DNA from: Macrostomum lignano
Lineage: Eukaryota
Length of the DNA stretch: 64,000 nt
Reading direction: 5' to 3'
NCBI GenBank assembly: GCA_002269645.1
Contig: NIVC01002906.1
Span: forward strand, 1-64,000
Part shown: one piece after another, positions 63,421 through 64,000 of the stretch
Layout of the letters: every line of letters begins with the position of its first letter
Numbering within the stretch: the first letter of the stretch is position 1
The notes under the pieces: generated by a model
Told to the model about the DNA's origin: nothing
Database searches by the model: none
Seen by the model: the letters and a program-made list of their open reading frames with translations, nothing else
Translations under genes and position numbers: made by a program

Positions 63421-64000
63421 TTTTGACATAGATTTGCAAAATTTTGTTAAGAATGCATTAAATTACACTGAGCTGCAAATAAATATTCTTAGAACGAAAA
63501 ATTTTGCTTTTTCCCATAAAAGTATTTCTTTCCTGTGACTCAGTCTTAGAAGCGGTTATAAAAGGAAACTATTTTATAAAAAAGTTGAAACAAAATATTA
63601 GAAAACTTCAATCGGGTCAGGCCAATAAACCGCACCTGCGGCAATTTTAAATCGCGATTCTACGAGAAAAACAGCTCAGGATTTTGCAGAGGGAATATTT
63701 GTGTAAAATTGCCAACAGCTGTTCCCCATCTTCAGGAGCGAGTTAACTGAGTCAAAATGAATTCAAGCAATTTATGGCTTCGCAGAAAAAGTTATTGATT
63801 GACTTCTCCAGTTCGTGTACACAGTGTGTATTGAACAAGTTTTTGCCATAGCTAATAAACTCACTGCCATCATTCATTAATTTCTTTTGCCAACAGGCAC
63901 TTGCAGTGGGACTTCCTAGGCTTTGCTTAGTGGCGGCAGCTTTGCCCCCTTTTTTCTTTGATTACCGCCTGCCTGAGTCAATACGCTGGGCTGCCTGTTG

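Overview
Eukaryotic (invertebrate animal) genomic DNA with spliceosomal introns. GC-rich exons and minisatellite-filled introns resemble a free-living flatworm such as Macrostomum (inference only). Left 13 kb, AT-rich and TE-rich: a degenerate Ty3/Gypsy element, then a nested DNA-transposon stack (hAT transposase remnant > foldback-like element with ~700-800 bp arms and a 13-bp TSD > hAT MITE with an 8-bp TSD > mini-MITE). These are followed by the first coding exon of SMC2 (minus strand) and a long-TIR mariner deletion derivative. Next is a 6-exon DENND1/connecdenn-like gene (+, 13027-22428, 645 aa as assembled by hand). Convergent with it is a 13-exon echinoid-like 7-Ig/FN3 adhesion receptor gene (-, 50378-25412, 1158 aa, ending KIIYEVVV). 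About half of 13.3-64 kb is tandem repeat, and almost every intron has its own array. Also present are two copies of a tRNA-headed SINE and a short LINE-derived insert. Best leads: inverted minisatellite arrays bracketing a frame-symmetric DENND1 exon, the foldback element with a non-canonical 13-bp TSD, and the LINE-derived insert that may carry half of an HDV-like ribozyme. All long repeat ORFs in the track are judged non-coding.
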